Positions 22,259 through 32,043 of a DNA stretch of 64,000 nucleotides are shown here, one piece after another. Made by a program: the position numbers and the translations under genes. The stretch's first letter is position 1. Each line of letters starts with the position of its first letter. The DNA is from an uncultured Candidatus Binatia bacterium. Its GTDB lineage: Bacteria > Desulfobacterota > Binatia > UBA9968 > JAJDTQ01. The notes below the pieces were generated by a model. That model was not told the DNA's origin, made no database searches, and saw only the letters and a list, made by a program, of their open reading frames with translations. The DNA is taken from contig OZ244070.1 of assembly GCA_965215605.1 (NCBI GenBank), positions 3,360,001-3,424,000 on the forward strand. The letters run 5' to 3'.

Positions 22259-22480
22259 TCAGTTCATGGAGCAGGCCCCCGGCCCCCTGGGGTCGCCGCA
22301 GCTTCCGCAGGCGCCGCCGGCCGGCATCCGGTCCTCCGTCGCGCCGTTGACCGCGAACACGGACGGCAGCCGCTCGAGCTGTTGGCCGCTGCAGGACGGA
22401 CAGGCCGGGCGGGCGGAGCCCAGCACCAGGTCCTCGAACTCGTGGCCGCAGCCCTTGCACTGGAATTCATATAGGGGCAT
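22259..22480 (-). CDS. FmdB-family zinc-ribbon protein
   Basis: MPLYEFQCKGCGHEFE..CPSC. Confidence 0.85.
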   Translation of the reverse strand: MPLYEFQCKGCGHEFEDLVLGSARPACPSCSGQQLERLPSVFAVNGATEDRMPAGGACGSCGDPRGPGACSMN

Positions 22481-22609
22481 GACTGTTCTCCTTTCGACGG
22501 TCCGATCTGCCGGGCGGCCCACCGGGCCGAAGACACGTCCCGGCAGTATACTTCACCCGGGGGCGGTGGAAAACACTCCGGGTGTCCGGGAAGAATCCGA
22601 GGAGAGCCC

Positions 22610-23710
22610 ATGCTGTTCCTGAACAACGACGATGTGGCCCGCGTTATCGACATGCCGCTTTGCCTGGACTCGCTGGAAGGCCTCTTCCAGGAACTGGCCC
22701 GGCGCGACGCCGTCGGCATGGGACGCATGGATATGTACGTGCCTTCCGGCCAGGAAGCGCCGTACCACAGGCTCGCGCTCATGGTGGGGGGCAGCCGGAA
22801 GGACGGCTATGCCTGTATCCGCATCATTTCCGACATGGTGAGCTGGCCCATGGTGCGCGGCCACCGGCGGGAGAACAAGTACGCCCGCGAGCCGGGCACG
22901 TGGTGCGGCCTGCTGCTGCTCTTCAGCACCCGCGACGCCACCCCCGTGGCCATCATGAACGACGGCCGGCTTCAGCACGACCGCGTGGGGGCGGGCGCCG
23001 GGCTCGGCGCCAAGTACCTCGCCCGGGAGGACAGCCATGCGGTGGCGATGATCGGCTCCGGCGGCATGGCCCGGAGCTACCTTGACGCTCTTTGCCGCGT
23101 ACGGCCCATCACCAGGGTCACGGTGTTCAGCCTCGACCCGGCCAATGCCCGGCAGTACGCGGAGGAGATGCAGGCGCGGCATGAGATCGAGGTGGTGGCG
23201 GCCCCGGACGGGCGGAGCGCGGTGCGGGGCGCCGACATCGTGTGTTGCTGCGCTTCCGCCATCGAGCCGGTATTCTTCGCCGACTGGCTGGAGCCCGGCA
23301 TGTGTGTCATCGACGTCAATCGCAACTCCGTGGAGCCGGGGTTCCTGCGGGCCGTGGACGTTGCGGCGCGCCCCGGCGACGCCACGCCCTACCTGGAGAA
23401 GCCGCCGCCCGAGGCCTTCTATGCCAGGGGAGGCTACCTCGGCTATGTGGCGGGTCAGGAGGAAGAGAGGAGGTTGGTGCCGCGGGTGGACCTTACGCCG
23501 GAAGTCGTCGACATTCCCAAGCTGCCGGACCTCATGAGCGGCCGCATCTCCGGCCGCACCAGCCCGGAGCAGACCGCGTGGTTCATGAACATCGGCGCCA
23601 TCGGACCCCAGTTCTGCGCCGTCACGGCGGCTGTCTACGAACGCGCCTGTGAACAGGGGCTCGGCCGGGAGATACCGACGGAGCTTTTTCTGGAGGATAT
23701 ACGGGCGTGA
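22610..23710 (+). CDS. Ornithine cyclodeaminase/mu-crystallin family protein
   Basis: Rossmann IGSGGMA, RVGAGAGL, ADIVCC and the typical N-terminus MLFLNNDDV. Confidence 0.8.
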   Translation: MLFLNNDDVARVIDMPLCLDSLEGLFQELARRDAVGMGRMDMYVPSGQEAPYHRLALMVGGSRKDGYACIRIISDMVSWPMVRGHRRENKYAREPGTWCGLLLLFSTRDATPVAIMNDGRLQHDRVGAGAGLGAKYLAREDSHAVAMIGSGGMARSYLDALCRVRPITRVTVFSLDPANARQYAEEMQARHEIEVVAAPDGRSAVRGADIVCCCASAIEPVFFADWLEPGMCVIDVNRNSVEPGFLRAVDVAARPGDATPYLEKPPPEAFYARGGYLGYVAGQEEERRLVPRVDLTPEVVDIPKLPDLMSGRISGRTSPEQTAWFMNIGAIGPQFCAVTAAVYERACEQGLGREIPTELFLEDIRA

Positions 23711-23726
23711 TGGGCCGTGAGGCGAG

Positions 23727-23742
23727 CTAGTGTCGACACTAG
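23727..23742. repeat. 16-bp perfect palindrome CTAGTGTCGACACTAG, probable IS630 footprint
   Basis: Two IS630-like terminal octamers joined head to head; the second CTAG is the IS left junction. Confidence 0.5.
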
Positions 23743-24898
23743 TATCCTGTCCGATTAATTAGTTGAAAAACAATACAGGGTGTAGTACCATGGGGAGAAG
23801 GGTGAAGGAGGCACCATGGCACGACCACCAGCAGGGATCGTTTTGAGTGAGGAAGAGAAGGCGGAGCTTGAGAGATGGAGCCGGCGGCGCAATACGCGAG
23901 CGGGTCTTCATCTGAGAGCGGGCGTGATTTTGGATTGCGCGCGAGGTTACACAGGGGAGGAGGTGGCGAAGCGACACCACACGAGCCAGCAGACGGTGTC
24001 GAAGTGGCGGGGGCGGTTCGCCCGAGAGCGACTGGCGGGACTGTCCGATGCTGTACGAAGCGGCCAGCCGCGCAAGCACAACGACATACGGGTGCAGGAA
24101 GTGTTGGACGCGACACTGAATCGACGGCCGAAGCATGCCACGCACTGGAGCGTGCGGAGTTTATCCGAGGACCTGGATGTGCCACGGGATTTCGTTCATC
24201 GTGTATGGCGAGCATTCGGGCTCAAACCTCACCTGTCGCGAAACTTCAAGCTATCCACCGATCCGCACTTCATCGACAAGGTGCGGGACGTGGTGGGTCT
24301 TTATCTGAATCCGCCGGACAAGGCGCTGGTGTTGTGCGTGGATGAAAAAAGCCAGATTCAGGCATTGGACCGTACCCAACCCGGTTTACCGCTGAACTAC
24401 GGCACACCCGAGACTCGGACCCATGACTATCGGCGCTATGGCACCACCACGCTGTTCGCCGCACTGGAGGTAGCCACGGGTCGAGTGTTGGGCAAGCTGC
24501 ACCGCCGGCACAGAAGCCAAGAGTTCATCGCCTTCTTGCGCCACATCGACTCGCAGGTCCCGGCCGCCTTGGAAGTCCACCTCATTCTCGACAACTACGG
24601 TACCCACAAGACCGCCCAAGTCAAGAATTGGCTGTTACGACACCCCCGATTCCACTGTCATTTCATCCCCACCTACAGTTCCTGGATGAACTTGGTGGAG
24701 CGCTTCTTCGCAACCTTGTCCGAACACCAGTTACGCCGAGGCACCTACCGCTCCGTGGTCGCTCTGGAGAAAGCCATACGAAATTACCTCGACCTGCACA
24801 ATCAACATCCCAAGCCGTTTCGTTGGACCAAGTCCGCTGATGCCATCATTGACTCCGTCACCAGCGTTATTAAACGAATTAACCAGACACCACACTAG
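23739..24898 (+). mobile_element. IS630-family insertion sequence
   Basis: CTAG at both junctions (TA target), imperfect TIRs (21/28 identity), lower GC than the flanks, single transposase. Confidence 0.92.
23816..24898 (+). CDS. IS630 transposase (intact DDE)
   Basis: HTH N-terminus; CVDEKS, ILDNY and NLVERFF catalytic motifs; stop codon lies in the right-end CTAG. Confidence 0.95.
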   Translation: MARPPAGIVLSEEEKAELERWSRRRNTRAGLHLRAGVILDCARGYTGEEVAKRHHTSQQTVSKWRGRFARERLAGLSDAVRSGQPRKHNDIRVQEVLDATLNRRPKHATHWSVRSLSEDLDVPRDFVHRVWRAFGLKPHLSRNFKLSTDPHFIDKVRDVVGLYLNPPDKALVLCVDEKSQIQALDRTQPGLPLNYGTPETRTHDYRRYGTTTLFAALEVATGRVLGKLHRRHRSQEFIAFLRHIDSQVPAALEVHLILDNYGTHKTAQVKNWLLRHPRFHCHFIPTYSSWMNLVERFFATLSEHQLRRGTYRSVVALEKAIRNYLDLHNQHPKPFRWTKSADAIIDSVTSVIKRINQTPH

Positions 24899-25767
24899 CA
24901 GGGTGTCGTCAGCGAGCCCTCAAGCTCCAGGATCTCGCCCATGCGCAGTACATCATGATACTGGGCCAGGGACGCCATGCCGTCCCGGCGGCTCCGGGTG
25001 GTTCCTTCCCGCCGCAGGACCGCCAGGGCGTCGCCGACCGCCTTCACCAGGGTGTAGCGGACGGTGCCCGGGAACAGCGCCATCTTGTAACCCTCGGCGG
25101 CGGCTCCGCCGACCTCCAGGACGGAAGCCGGGATGGCTTCGTCCATGTTGACCACCAGCGGACCCCGGATTCCGCGACGGATCTCGCGGAGATCCTCCAG
25201 CGTGCCCGGAACCTGCACGAAGACCGCGTCGGCGCCGGCTTTGCGGTAGGCGCGGCCGCGCCGGATGGCTTCGTCGAGGCCGCCCGAGGAGCAGGCCAGG
25301 GTGCGCGCGATGATGACGGTGTCCGCGTCCGTCCTGGCGGCGGCCGCGGCCCGGACCTTCTCCACCATCTCGGTTTCGGAGACCAACGGATGTCCGCCTT
25401 CCAGCAGTCCGCACTTCTTGGCCGGCACCTGGTCCTCGATTTGGATAGCCGCCGCGCCCGCCCGCTCCAGCGCGGCGACGGTGCGGTGCACTTGAAGTGG
25501 GCCGCCGAAGCCCGTGTCGGCGTCCACCAGGAGGGGGATGCGCAGCACGTGGCAGATGTTCCGCACGTGCGCGATGAGCGCATCGGCGGACAGGAAGCCC
25601 AGGTCCGGAAGGCCCAGCAGGCTGGCCGTGGCGGCGTTGCCCCCGAGCAGGGCCAGCCGGAAGCCGGCCTGTTCCGCGAGCAGCGCCGTCAAGCCGTCGT
25701 GAACGCCCGGAACCGCAAGGCAGCCGTCCTCGGCCATTGCAGCCCGCAACCGTGAGGCGCTGGTCAT
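24895..25767 (-). CDS. Isocitrate lyase/PEP mutase family protein
   Basis: [22 protein letters not shown] and AGADAVF motifs. Confidence 0.88.
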   Translation of the reverse strand: MTSASRLRAAMAEDGCLAVPGVHDGLTALLAEQAGFRLALLGGNAATASLLGLPDLGFLSADALIAHVRNICHVLRIPLLVDADTGFGGPLQVHRTVAALERAGAAAIQIEDQVPAKKCGLLEGGHPLVSETEMVEKVRAAAAARTDADTVIIARTLACSSGGLDEAIRRGRAYRKAGADAVFVQVPGTLEDLREIRRGIRGPLVVNMDEAIPASVLEVGGAAAEGYKMALFPGTVRYTLVKAVGDALAVLRREGTTRSRRDGMASLAQYHDVLRMGEILELEGSLTTPC

Positions 25768-25894
25768 TCGCTTCACCTCCTTGACCGTTCGACCAACCGG
25801 GTGGTTGTGGGTATCATTCAGTAGCTTCCAATCGCGCGCAAGGCAAAGCGTGCTCCGGGGAGGCGGGTTGCGCGCAGGGAGGCGCCTGGTTGCC

Positions 25895-26998
25895 ATGAAG
25901 ATCACCCGCATCGATATTCATCCGTTGCAGATTCCTCTGAAAGGGGTTTTTCGCAACGCCCACGACGCCAAGACGCGGCAGGACAGCATCGTGGTGCGGG
26001 TCGGCACCGATGAAGGGATCACCGGTCTGGGCAACGTCGATCCGGATCCAGGTCATTCGGAGGAGAGCTTCGGCGAGACCCTCAAAGCGGTGCGGACGCT
26101 GGCGCCGGAGCTCGGCGGCCGGGATCCGCTGAACCTCTCGGCGGCGTTGGAGATCATGGACCGTCGCCTGCCGCGGCATCTGGACGCCAAGGCCGCGCTG
26201 GAGATGGCGCTGTTCGACCTCAAGGGCAAGGCGCTGGACCAGCCGGTGCACTCGTTGCTGGGCGGCCGGCTCAAGGACGAAGTACGTCTCAACGGCTGGA
26301 TCGGCCTGCTGGAGCCGGACGCGGCGGCAGCGGAGGCCCTGGGTTGGCGCGACGCCGGTTTCGGCTCGGTGAAGATCAAGCTGGGCTCGGGCGTCGAGGC
26401 GGACCGCGACCGCGTGGCGGCGGTGCGCGGGGCGGTGGGGGGCAGCCTGAGCCTCCGGGTGGATGCCAACGAGGCCTACAGCGTCGATGACGCCGTTCGT
26501 CTGGGAAAGGCGCTGGCGCCGCTGGGCGTGGCGCTGCTGGAGCAGCCGGTGTCCCGGGCCGACTACGAGGGTCTGGCGCGGGTGCGCCGCGGCATCGACA
26601 TCCCGGTGATGGCGGACGAGGCCGTCGTCGGACCGGAGACCCTGGTGGAGGTCATCCGGAGAGAGGCCGCGGACATCGTCAAGGTGAAGGTGATGAAGCA
26701 AGGGGGCATCACCCGCACCGTCCGCATGGTCCACATGGCCGCGGCCGCCGGCATCCGGTGTGTCATCGGCCACGGGTTCGGTCTGAGCATCAACACGCTG
26801 GCGGAGATTCACGTGGCCGCGAGTTGCGCCAACATCATGGACGGCTGCGAGTCGGTGGGCCCGCTCAAGATGGGCGGCGACGTGGTGGCGCGCCCCCTGG
26901 ACCTGCGGGCAGGACGGCTGTCGGTTCCGGAGGTTGCCGGGCTCGGCGCGGAGATCGAGGAGCCGGATCTGGCTCGCTGGGCCATGCCGGGGGCATAG
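25895..26998 (+). CDS. Enolase superfamily, muconate lactonising enzyme/dipeptide epimerase subgroup
   Basis: KIK motif; metal ligands in VDANE, EQP and ADE; second catalytic Lys. Confidence 0.88.
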   Translation: MKITRIDIHPLQIPLKGVFRNAHDAKTRQDSIVVRVGTDEGITGLGNVDPDPGHSEESFGETLKAVRTLAPELGGRDPLNLSAALEIMDRRLPRHLDAKAALEMALFDLKGKALDQPVHSLLGGRLKDEVRLNGWIGLLEPDAAAAEALGWRDAGFGSVKIKLGSGVEADRDRVAAVRGAVGGSLSLRVDANEAYSVDDAVRLGKALAPLGVALLEQPVSRADYEGLARVRRGIDIPVMADEAVVGPETLVEVIRREAADIVKVKVMKQGGITRTVRMVHMAAAAGIRCVIGHGFGLSINTLAEIHVAASCANIMDGCESVGPLKMGGDVVARPLDLRAGRLSVPEVAGLGAEIEEPDLARWAMPGA

Positions 26999-27032
26999 CG
27001 GACAAACGTTTCGACACTCAAAGGAGGCAAAT

Positions 27033-27539
27033 ATGAACCAAACCGTCGGCGCGACGTTTCCGGATCTGGCCCTCAAGGACCAGACCGGCCAAGAGTTGGC
27101 ATTGTCGGGGATCACCGAGGGCAGGTTTCCCCTTATCGTGGTGTTCTACCGAGGCTACTGGTGAGGGAAATGCGTGGTGCAGTTGCGCCACCTGGTTATC
27201 CTGCAGGAGGAGCTTCCGTCTGCCTATTGCCGCGTCGCCGTGGTCAGCGTCGACCCGCCGCAGGTGAACGGAGCGCTCAGAAACGGTCTCGGGGCGACGT
27301 TCCCTTTTCTGAGCGACCACGAGCACAAGGCCATCGAGGCCCTGGACCTCGTCGACACCTCGGACAAGAAGCACGGGACCATCGCGATTCCATACGCCTT
27401 CTCGCTGCTGCCCGATCTCACGGTCCATCGCATCTACAATGGCTGGTACTACGTGGGCCGCCCCACCAACGAAGAGCTGCGGGCCGACATGCGGGACATG
27501 ATTCAGCAGTGCCGGGACGACTACGACCCCCAGGCGTGA
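27033..27539 (+). CDS. Selenocysteine-containing AhpC/TSA (thioredoxin-fold) redoxin, UxxC motif
   Basis: RBS AAGGAGG then ATG 27033. In-frame TGA 27162-27164 in FYRGYW-U-GKC, where homologues have WCxxC. The frame continues through VSVD, FPFLSD and GRPT to stop 27539. Confidence 0.88.
27174..27191 (+). promoter_or_regulatory. Putative bacterial SECIS hairpin
   Basis: GTGGTGC-AGTT-GCGCCAC stem-loop; the loop contains G and starts 17 nt after the UGA. Confidence 0.65.
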
Positions 27540-27565
27540 GACACCCTGGTCGCGTCCATTTCGAG

Positions 27566-27625
27566 CCGGGGTCCAGGGGCGCGGGGTGGGTGGTCCGTCC
27601 CCACCGTCTTCGGTGGTCCGTCCCC
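27566..27625. repeat. REP fragment plus a 14-bp direct repeat GGTGGTCCGTCCCC (x2)
   Basis: The reverse complement of 27566-27579 equals 61159-61172; direct repeat copies at 27589-27602 and 27612-27625. Confidence 0.5.
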
Positions 27626-27649
27626 CCGTTTTGTGCTAGTTCCAGCCCT

Positions 27650-27907
27650 ATGATTCAGCCACAAGAGATCGAGGACACGCTGGGACGGGTTTTTCCGGGT
27701 TGCATGGTGCCGATGATCAAGGACCTTACCGGCGGCGGAGACCACTACCAGGTGGTCATCGTGCACGATTCCTTTGCCGGCAAGGGTCTCATCGACCAGC
27801 ACAAGATGGTCTACGATGCGCTCAAGGACGAGCTTGGCGACGAGCGCATCCACGCGCTGTCGCTAAAGACCTTCAGCCCCGAGCAATGGGAAAAATTCGG
27901 CGCCTGA
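27650..27907 (+). CDS. BolA/IbaG family protein
   Basis: GGGDHY, FAGK..QHKMVY and IHALSLKT motifs. Confidence 0.9.
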   Translation: MIQPQEIEDTLGRVFPGCMVPMIKDLTGGGDHYQVVIVHDSFAGKGLIDQHKMVYDALKDELGDERIHALSLKTFSPEQWEKFGA

Positions 27908-28055
27908 CGTTCGCCGGAAACGGGTGACCCGCCGGACGCGCGCAAGCGTCTCGTCTTCCCCGACACCAGGCCCGGGCCGCCAGGGCCATCCGGGAGGTGC
28001 CATCGGACTCTCCGGATCCTGGTGTTGCCACGCCGCAAGCGGGCGGACATGGCGA

Positions 28056-28796
28056 TCAGGCGGCCAGGCTCCCCATCAGGCTGCCGTAGCCGCTGACCTT
28101 CTCCTTGATCCGGATCAGGTGCAGCGCATACCAGATGTAGGCCTGGCAACTGGTCACAACGGGCTTGCCGATCTCGTGCTCCAGCAGCTCCACGTCCTCG
28201 ATGGTGGGCCAGCGCGGACACGGGATGAAGATGCCGTCCGCTTCGGGGGCCTTTTCGTAAAGACGCTTGGCAATCTTGTAGGCGGCGTGCACCGGCAGAT
28301 CGGAGATGGCCGAGTTCTTGCGCACTCCATACCCCTCGATCCGCAGCACCTCGAAGCCGGAAGCCTCGAGAAAGGCCTTCATGCGGGCGTTCAGGTCGTC
28401 TTCGTGGGGGGTGGCCACCACCAGGCGCTGCAGCCCCATGGCCTTGAGGGCCTCGACCTCGCCGGTAATCCCGGCGGTGATGGGGACGCCGGTCTTCTCG
28501 GTGAGCCGCCGGCCCATCTCGATGTCGCTGCCGTGGCCCAGCCTGGTGAAGAGCGGAGAGCCGCCGAGGATGATCACGTCGCAGCCGTTGTCCGCCAGGT
28601 CCAGCGCCGCTTCCTCGATGCGCTCGAGCTGGCGCTCGAAGTCGGCGTCCACCAGTTGCCGGATGGTGCCGGTGCTGTTGAGCAACTGGAACCCCTCGGG
28701 CAGCATGCGATAGAACTCGTATACGAGAGTGTCTCCCCGGGACGGGGCCACATGGCCCACACGCGCGCGCCAACCGTACATGATGAGCCTCCTCAA
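28056..28796 (-). CDS. Asp/Glu racemase superfamily protein (arylmalonate decarboxylase/maleate isomerase-like)
   Basis: YGWRARVG, VATPH, ADGIFIPC and IGKPVVTS motifs. Confidence 0.8.
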   Translation of the reverse strand: MRRLIMYGWRARVGHVAPSRGDTLVYEFYRMLPEGFQLLNSTGTIRQLVDADFERQLERIEEAALDLADNGCDVIILGGSPLFTRLGHGSDIEMGRRLTEKTGVPITAGITGEVEALKAMGLQRLVVATPHEDDLNARMKAFLEASGFEVLRIEGYGVRKNSAISDLPVHAAYKIAKRLYEKAPEADGIFIPCPRWPTIEDVELLEHEIGKPVVTSCQAYIWYALHLIRIKEKVSGYGSLMGSLAA

Positions 28797-29395
28797 ACCG
28801 AGGTGGTCGCGCGAAGATCCAGGCAGTGCTCGATCTCCGTGAAAACCTCGTTGAAATGCATGACCCGGGTGACGCCGGGATGCGCAAAGTCGCGGTTGTA
28901 AGGATGGTGCGGCATCAACACCCGGGCGTTGGTATGCTCGGCCACGTCCTGGCAGTTCTCGTAGTTGTCATCGACGAACAGCACCACTCCGAGCTTCTCC
29001 ACCACCGCGGATTTCTCGTTCTCCACCAAGTGCACGTCGGGGTTGGTGATGCCGTGCCGCCGGAACCACTCCGACGTGACCCCGTGAATGTCCCAGCTTT
29101 CGTGGCCGGTCCGGTGGGTGATGAACGAGAGTTGCCCGCCTTGGCTGAAGTGTTCCAGCCGCCGCCACTGCTCGGGGCTGAGGAGCGAATCCAGCCCGCC
29201 CCAGAAATCCGGGTCCCGCCGCACGGCGTCCGCGCAATCTCTCACCGCCTCCTCGGTCAGTACGGGATGCGCCGAAAGGCGTACGCTCCGCAACGACTCC
29301 GCCGGGATCGGTCCCTTGCCGATGCGCTTTTCCAGACGGAGAAGGAAGGGAGAGAGAAAATCCGCCAACACGCCGTCGATGTCCAGCCCCACCAT
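28793..29395 (-). CDS. HAD-superfamily 5'(3')-nucleotidase-like (NT5C) protein
   Basis: GLDIDGVLADF, FITHR, FVDD and PYN motifs; start may lie further upstream. Confidence 0.78.
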   Translation of the reverse strand: MVGLDIDGVLADFLSPFLLRLEKRIGKGPIPAESLRSVRLSAHPVLTEEAVRDCADAVRRDPDFWGGLDSLLSPEQWRRLEHFSQGGQLSFITHRTGHESWDIHGVTSEWFRRHGITNPDVHLVENEKSAVVEKLGVVLFVDDNYENCQDVAEHTNARVLMPHHPYNRDFAHPGVTRVMHFNEVFTEIEHCLDLRATTSV

Positions 29396-29591
29396 CGTGG
29401 GCCAAAGCTTACGTAATCGAGGCGTGCGCTGCAACGCGCCAGTGCGCCAGGGTACAGACAAAGTTCCGCTCTACGCCCTTGGAGTGGGTCTTCCCGGATT
29501 GTCTGGTGCCGATGATCAAGGGTTTCGCCGCCCGGTTGACAAATGTCGATCATTCCGTCATTTTTACCGTAAAAATAACGGAAACGTCGAC

Positions 29592-30761
29592 ATGTACTCC
29601 AGGATACTCGATCTGCCCGAAAAGAGTTTCTTCCTGTTCGGCCCGCGTGGCACCGGAAAATCCGTGTGGCTGGAGCAACGTCTCGGTCACGCGGACCTGA
29701 GCATTAATCTCCTCAAGTCCGGCGAGTATCTTCGATACAAGCGGGACCCCTCCCTTCTCGCTCAGGAAGCAGCCGCATTGCGCAACCGGCGGCCCTGGAT
29801 CATTATCGACGAGGTGCAAAAGCTGCCGGAGTTGCTCGACGAGGTTCATGCCCTCCTATTCGAGAGCGGACAGGGTTATCGGTTTGCACTGTCCGGGTCC
29901 AGCGCCCGGAAGCTCAAGCGGCCCCATGCCAACATGCTTGCGGGCCGCGCCCTTTTGAAACGGATGTTTCCACTGAGCATGCTTGAAGTCCGCGAGGACT
30001 TCAGCCTGCCGGACGCTCTGCGTTACGGACAGTTGCCCTTGAGCGTGACATCGGTCTCCCGGACCGAGAAGGTCGAGTTCCTGGACGCCTACATCGAGAC
30101 CTATCTGAAGGAAGAGATTCAGCAGGAAGCTCTGGTCAGGAACCTTGACAGTTTCTACCGGTTCCTGTCAGTCGCCGGCATGATGAGCGGGCAGTTGCTG
30201 AACATCGCCAATATCGCCCGGGATGTGGGCGTCGCCAGGTCCACCGTCCAAGGCTATTTCGGCATCCTGGAAGACACCTTGCTGGGCTGGTACCTGCCCG
30301 CCTACCGCAACAAGGCAAAGGTCAAGGAGGTGGCTCACCCCAAGTTCTACCTGTTCGATTGCGGCGTGCAGCGTGCCCTGGTGGGGAGGCACCGGGACGA
30401 ACCCTCGGCGGTCGAGACCGGCGCCTTGTTCGAAGCCTTCGTTTTGAATGAGTTCAGGGCGCTCAACGCGTGGCGGGCTCACGGCGCGCAGTTCTTCTAC
30501 TGGCGCACGGAAGCAGGCAACGAAGTGGACCTGATCTGGAAGAGGGGGGAGCAGGCCGCAGGCTTTGAAATCAAGTCGTCCAATGTCTGGCAAGAGAAAT
30601 TCAACAAGGGATTGAATGTCCTGTTGCAGACCGGTGACATCGGGCATGCTTTCGGCGTGTATCGCGGCGAACGGGTTCTGAAGGTCGGAAAGGTGACGGT
30701 GCTCCCTTACAAGAAGGCTATCGAGATGGTGCTGGAAGGGAGTTTCGTTCCAGCGATTTGA
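29592..30761 (+). CDS. AAA_14 ATPase with C-terminal DUF4143/PD-(D/E)XK-like domain
   Basis: GPRGTGKS, IDEVQK, SGSS, LAGR, KFYLFDCG and EVD..FEIK motifs. Confidence 0.88.
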   Translation: MYSRILDLPEKSFFLFGPRGTGKSVWLEQRLGHADLSINLLKSGEYLRYKRDPSLLAQEAAALRNRRPWIIIDEVQKLPELLDEVHALLFESGQGYRFALSGSSARKLKRPHANMLAGRALLKRMFPLSMLEVREDFSLPDALRYGQLPLSVTSVSRTEKVEFLDAYIETYLKEEIQQEALVRNLDSFYRFLSVAGMMSGQLLNIANIARDVGVARSTVQGYFGILEDTLLGWYLPAYRNKAKVKEVAHPKFYLFDCGVQRALVGRHRDEPSAVETGALFEAFVLNEFRALNAWRAHGAQFFYWRTEAGNEVDLIWKRGEQAAGFEIKSSNVWQEKFNKGLNVLLQTGDIGHAFGVYRGERVLKVGKVTVLPYKKAIEMVLEGSFVPAI

Positions 30762-30821
30762 CCGGTCAGAGCGGGATGCGCCGCAACGGGCGGCGGCCGA
30801 TGCGAGTACGCGCTCCGTTCC

Positions 30822-30850
30822 TTGACGAACCGCAACCGGTCGGATACAAA
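30822..30850 (+). promoter_or_regulatory. Putative sigma70 promoter of the LLM operon
   Basis: TTGACG-17nt-TACAAA about 175 nt upstream of the LLM start. Confidence 0.4.
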
Positions 30851-31026
30851 TCATTTTTTCTTCAGGCATACCGCAACACCCGCCCGCTTTCCTCTGAATC
30901 AACCGGAGCTCGAAGCGCAGGACCGTCGGGTCGTCGGTGGCGGCGTATCGTCTTTGCCGCGCACGGGCACGCTCACCGGGACATGAACCACCGGGAGCGG
31001 TTGCGTTCAACCAGTCAGGAGAGGTC

Positions 31027-32031
31027 ATGGCCAGAGTCGGTTTCGCACTTGGATACGGAAAGTTCACCAACGTCCGGGAAATCGCCGATCTCATGCGGCG
31101 GGCCGAGGAAAAGGGGTTCGAGATGGGCTTCTTTTCCGAGACCATCGAGCTCATGCGCGACTCGGTGTCGGCCATGTCGGCCATGGGTCTGGCCACCTCC
31201 AAGGTGACGCTGGGGGCCACCCAGATCGTCCGTTTGCGCACGCCCATCTGCATGGCCCAGTCGCTGATGACGCTGGACGAGATGACCGGCGGGCGCATCA
31301 CCCTGGCGCCTGGCGCCTGTACGCGAAGCCACGCCCGGGTCCACGCCATGGAGCACCAGAATCCCCCGCAGGTGCTCAAGGAGTACATCGAGTCCATGCG
31401 GCTGCTCTTCACCGGCGAGAAGGTCGACTATGACGGACAGTTCGTCAAGTTCAAGAACGTCGGCATCGGCTGGAAACCGCTCCGCGCCAACATCCCGCTC
31501 TACATCCCGGCCACCGCCCGGCCGGGCCTGAAGCTGGCCGGCCAGATCGGCGACGGCGTGGTGCTGAACGCGGTCTGCTCGCCGGAGTACACCGCCAACG
31601 CCCTCAAGATCATCAAGGACGCGGCCGAGGAGGCAGGGCGCGACTTCTCCAAGTTCGAGGTCGCCCAGTTGATCAATTGCTCCATCGCCGACGACCACCA
31701 GAAGGCCCTGGACGCCATCCGCTGGGAGGTGGCCACCAAGCTCGACCCCGTCCAGCTCCCGTTCATCGCCCGCCCCAAGATGAAGGTGGGCGAGCCCTAC
31801 ATCCACGAGGAAGACATCCCGACTTTCGAAAAGGCCCATGCCGAGGGCGGCATGGAGGCGCTCATCAAGGCCATCCCCGACTCCTACGTGGAAGGCATGA
31901 CCGCCAGCGGCACCCCCGACGAGGTCAAGGCGCGGGTGCAGCAGTACCGTGACGCGGGCGTCAAGATCCCGCTGCTGCGGCCGGCGGCGGCGGACCAGAC
32001 CGACGCCCTGATGGACCTCTTCGCGCAGTAG
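31027..32031 (+). CDS. LLM-class flavin/F420-dependent oxidoreductase
   Basis: ATSKVTLG, TLDEMTGGR, LAGQIGDG and GTPDEV motifs. Confidence 0.85.
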   Translation: MARVGFALGYGKFTNVREIADLMRRAEEKGFEMGFFSETIELMRDSVSAMSAMGLATSKVTLGATQIVRLRTPICMAQSLMTLDEMTGGRITLAPGACTRSHARVHAMEHQNPPQVLKEYIESMRLLFTGEKVDYDGQFVKFKNVGIGWKPLRANIPLYIPATARPGLKLAGQIGDGVVLNAVCSPEYTANALKIIKDAAEEAGRDFSKFEVAQLINCSIADDHQKALDAIRWEVATKLDPVQLPFIARPKMKVGEPYIHEEDIPTFEKAHAEGGMEALIKAIPDSYVEGMTASGTPDEVKARVQQYRDAGVKIPLLRPAAADQTDALMDLFAQ

Positions 32032-32043
32032 TGTCCGGCATCC

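Noticed and set aside
27033-27164. Reading the redoxin as a nonsense pseudogene or two small genes
   Set aside because: The TGA falls exactly at the catalytic Cys position and is followed by a SECIS-like hairpin.
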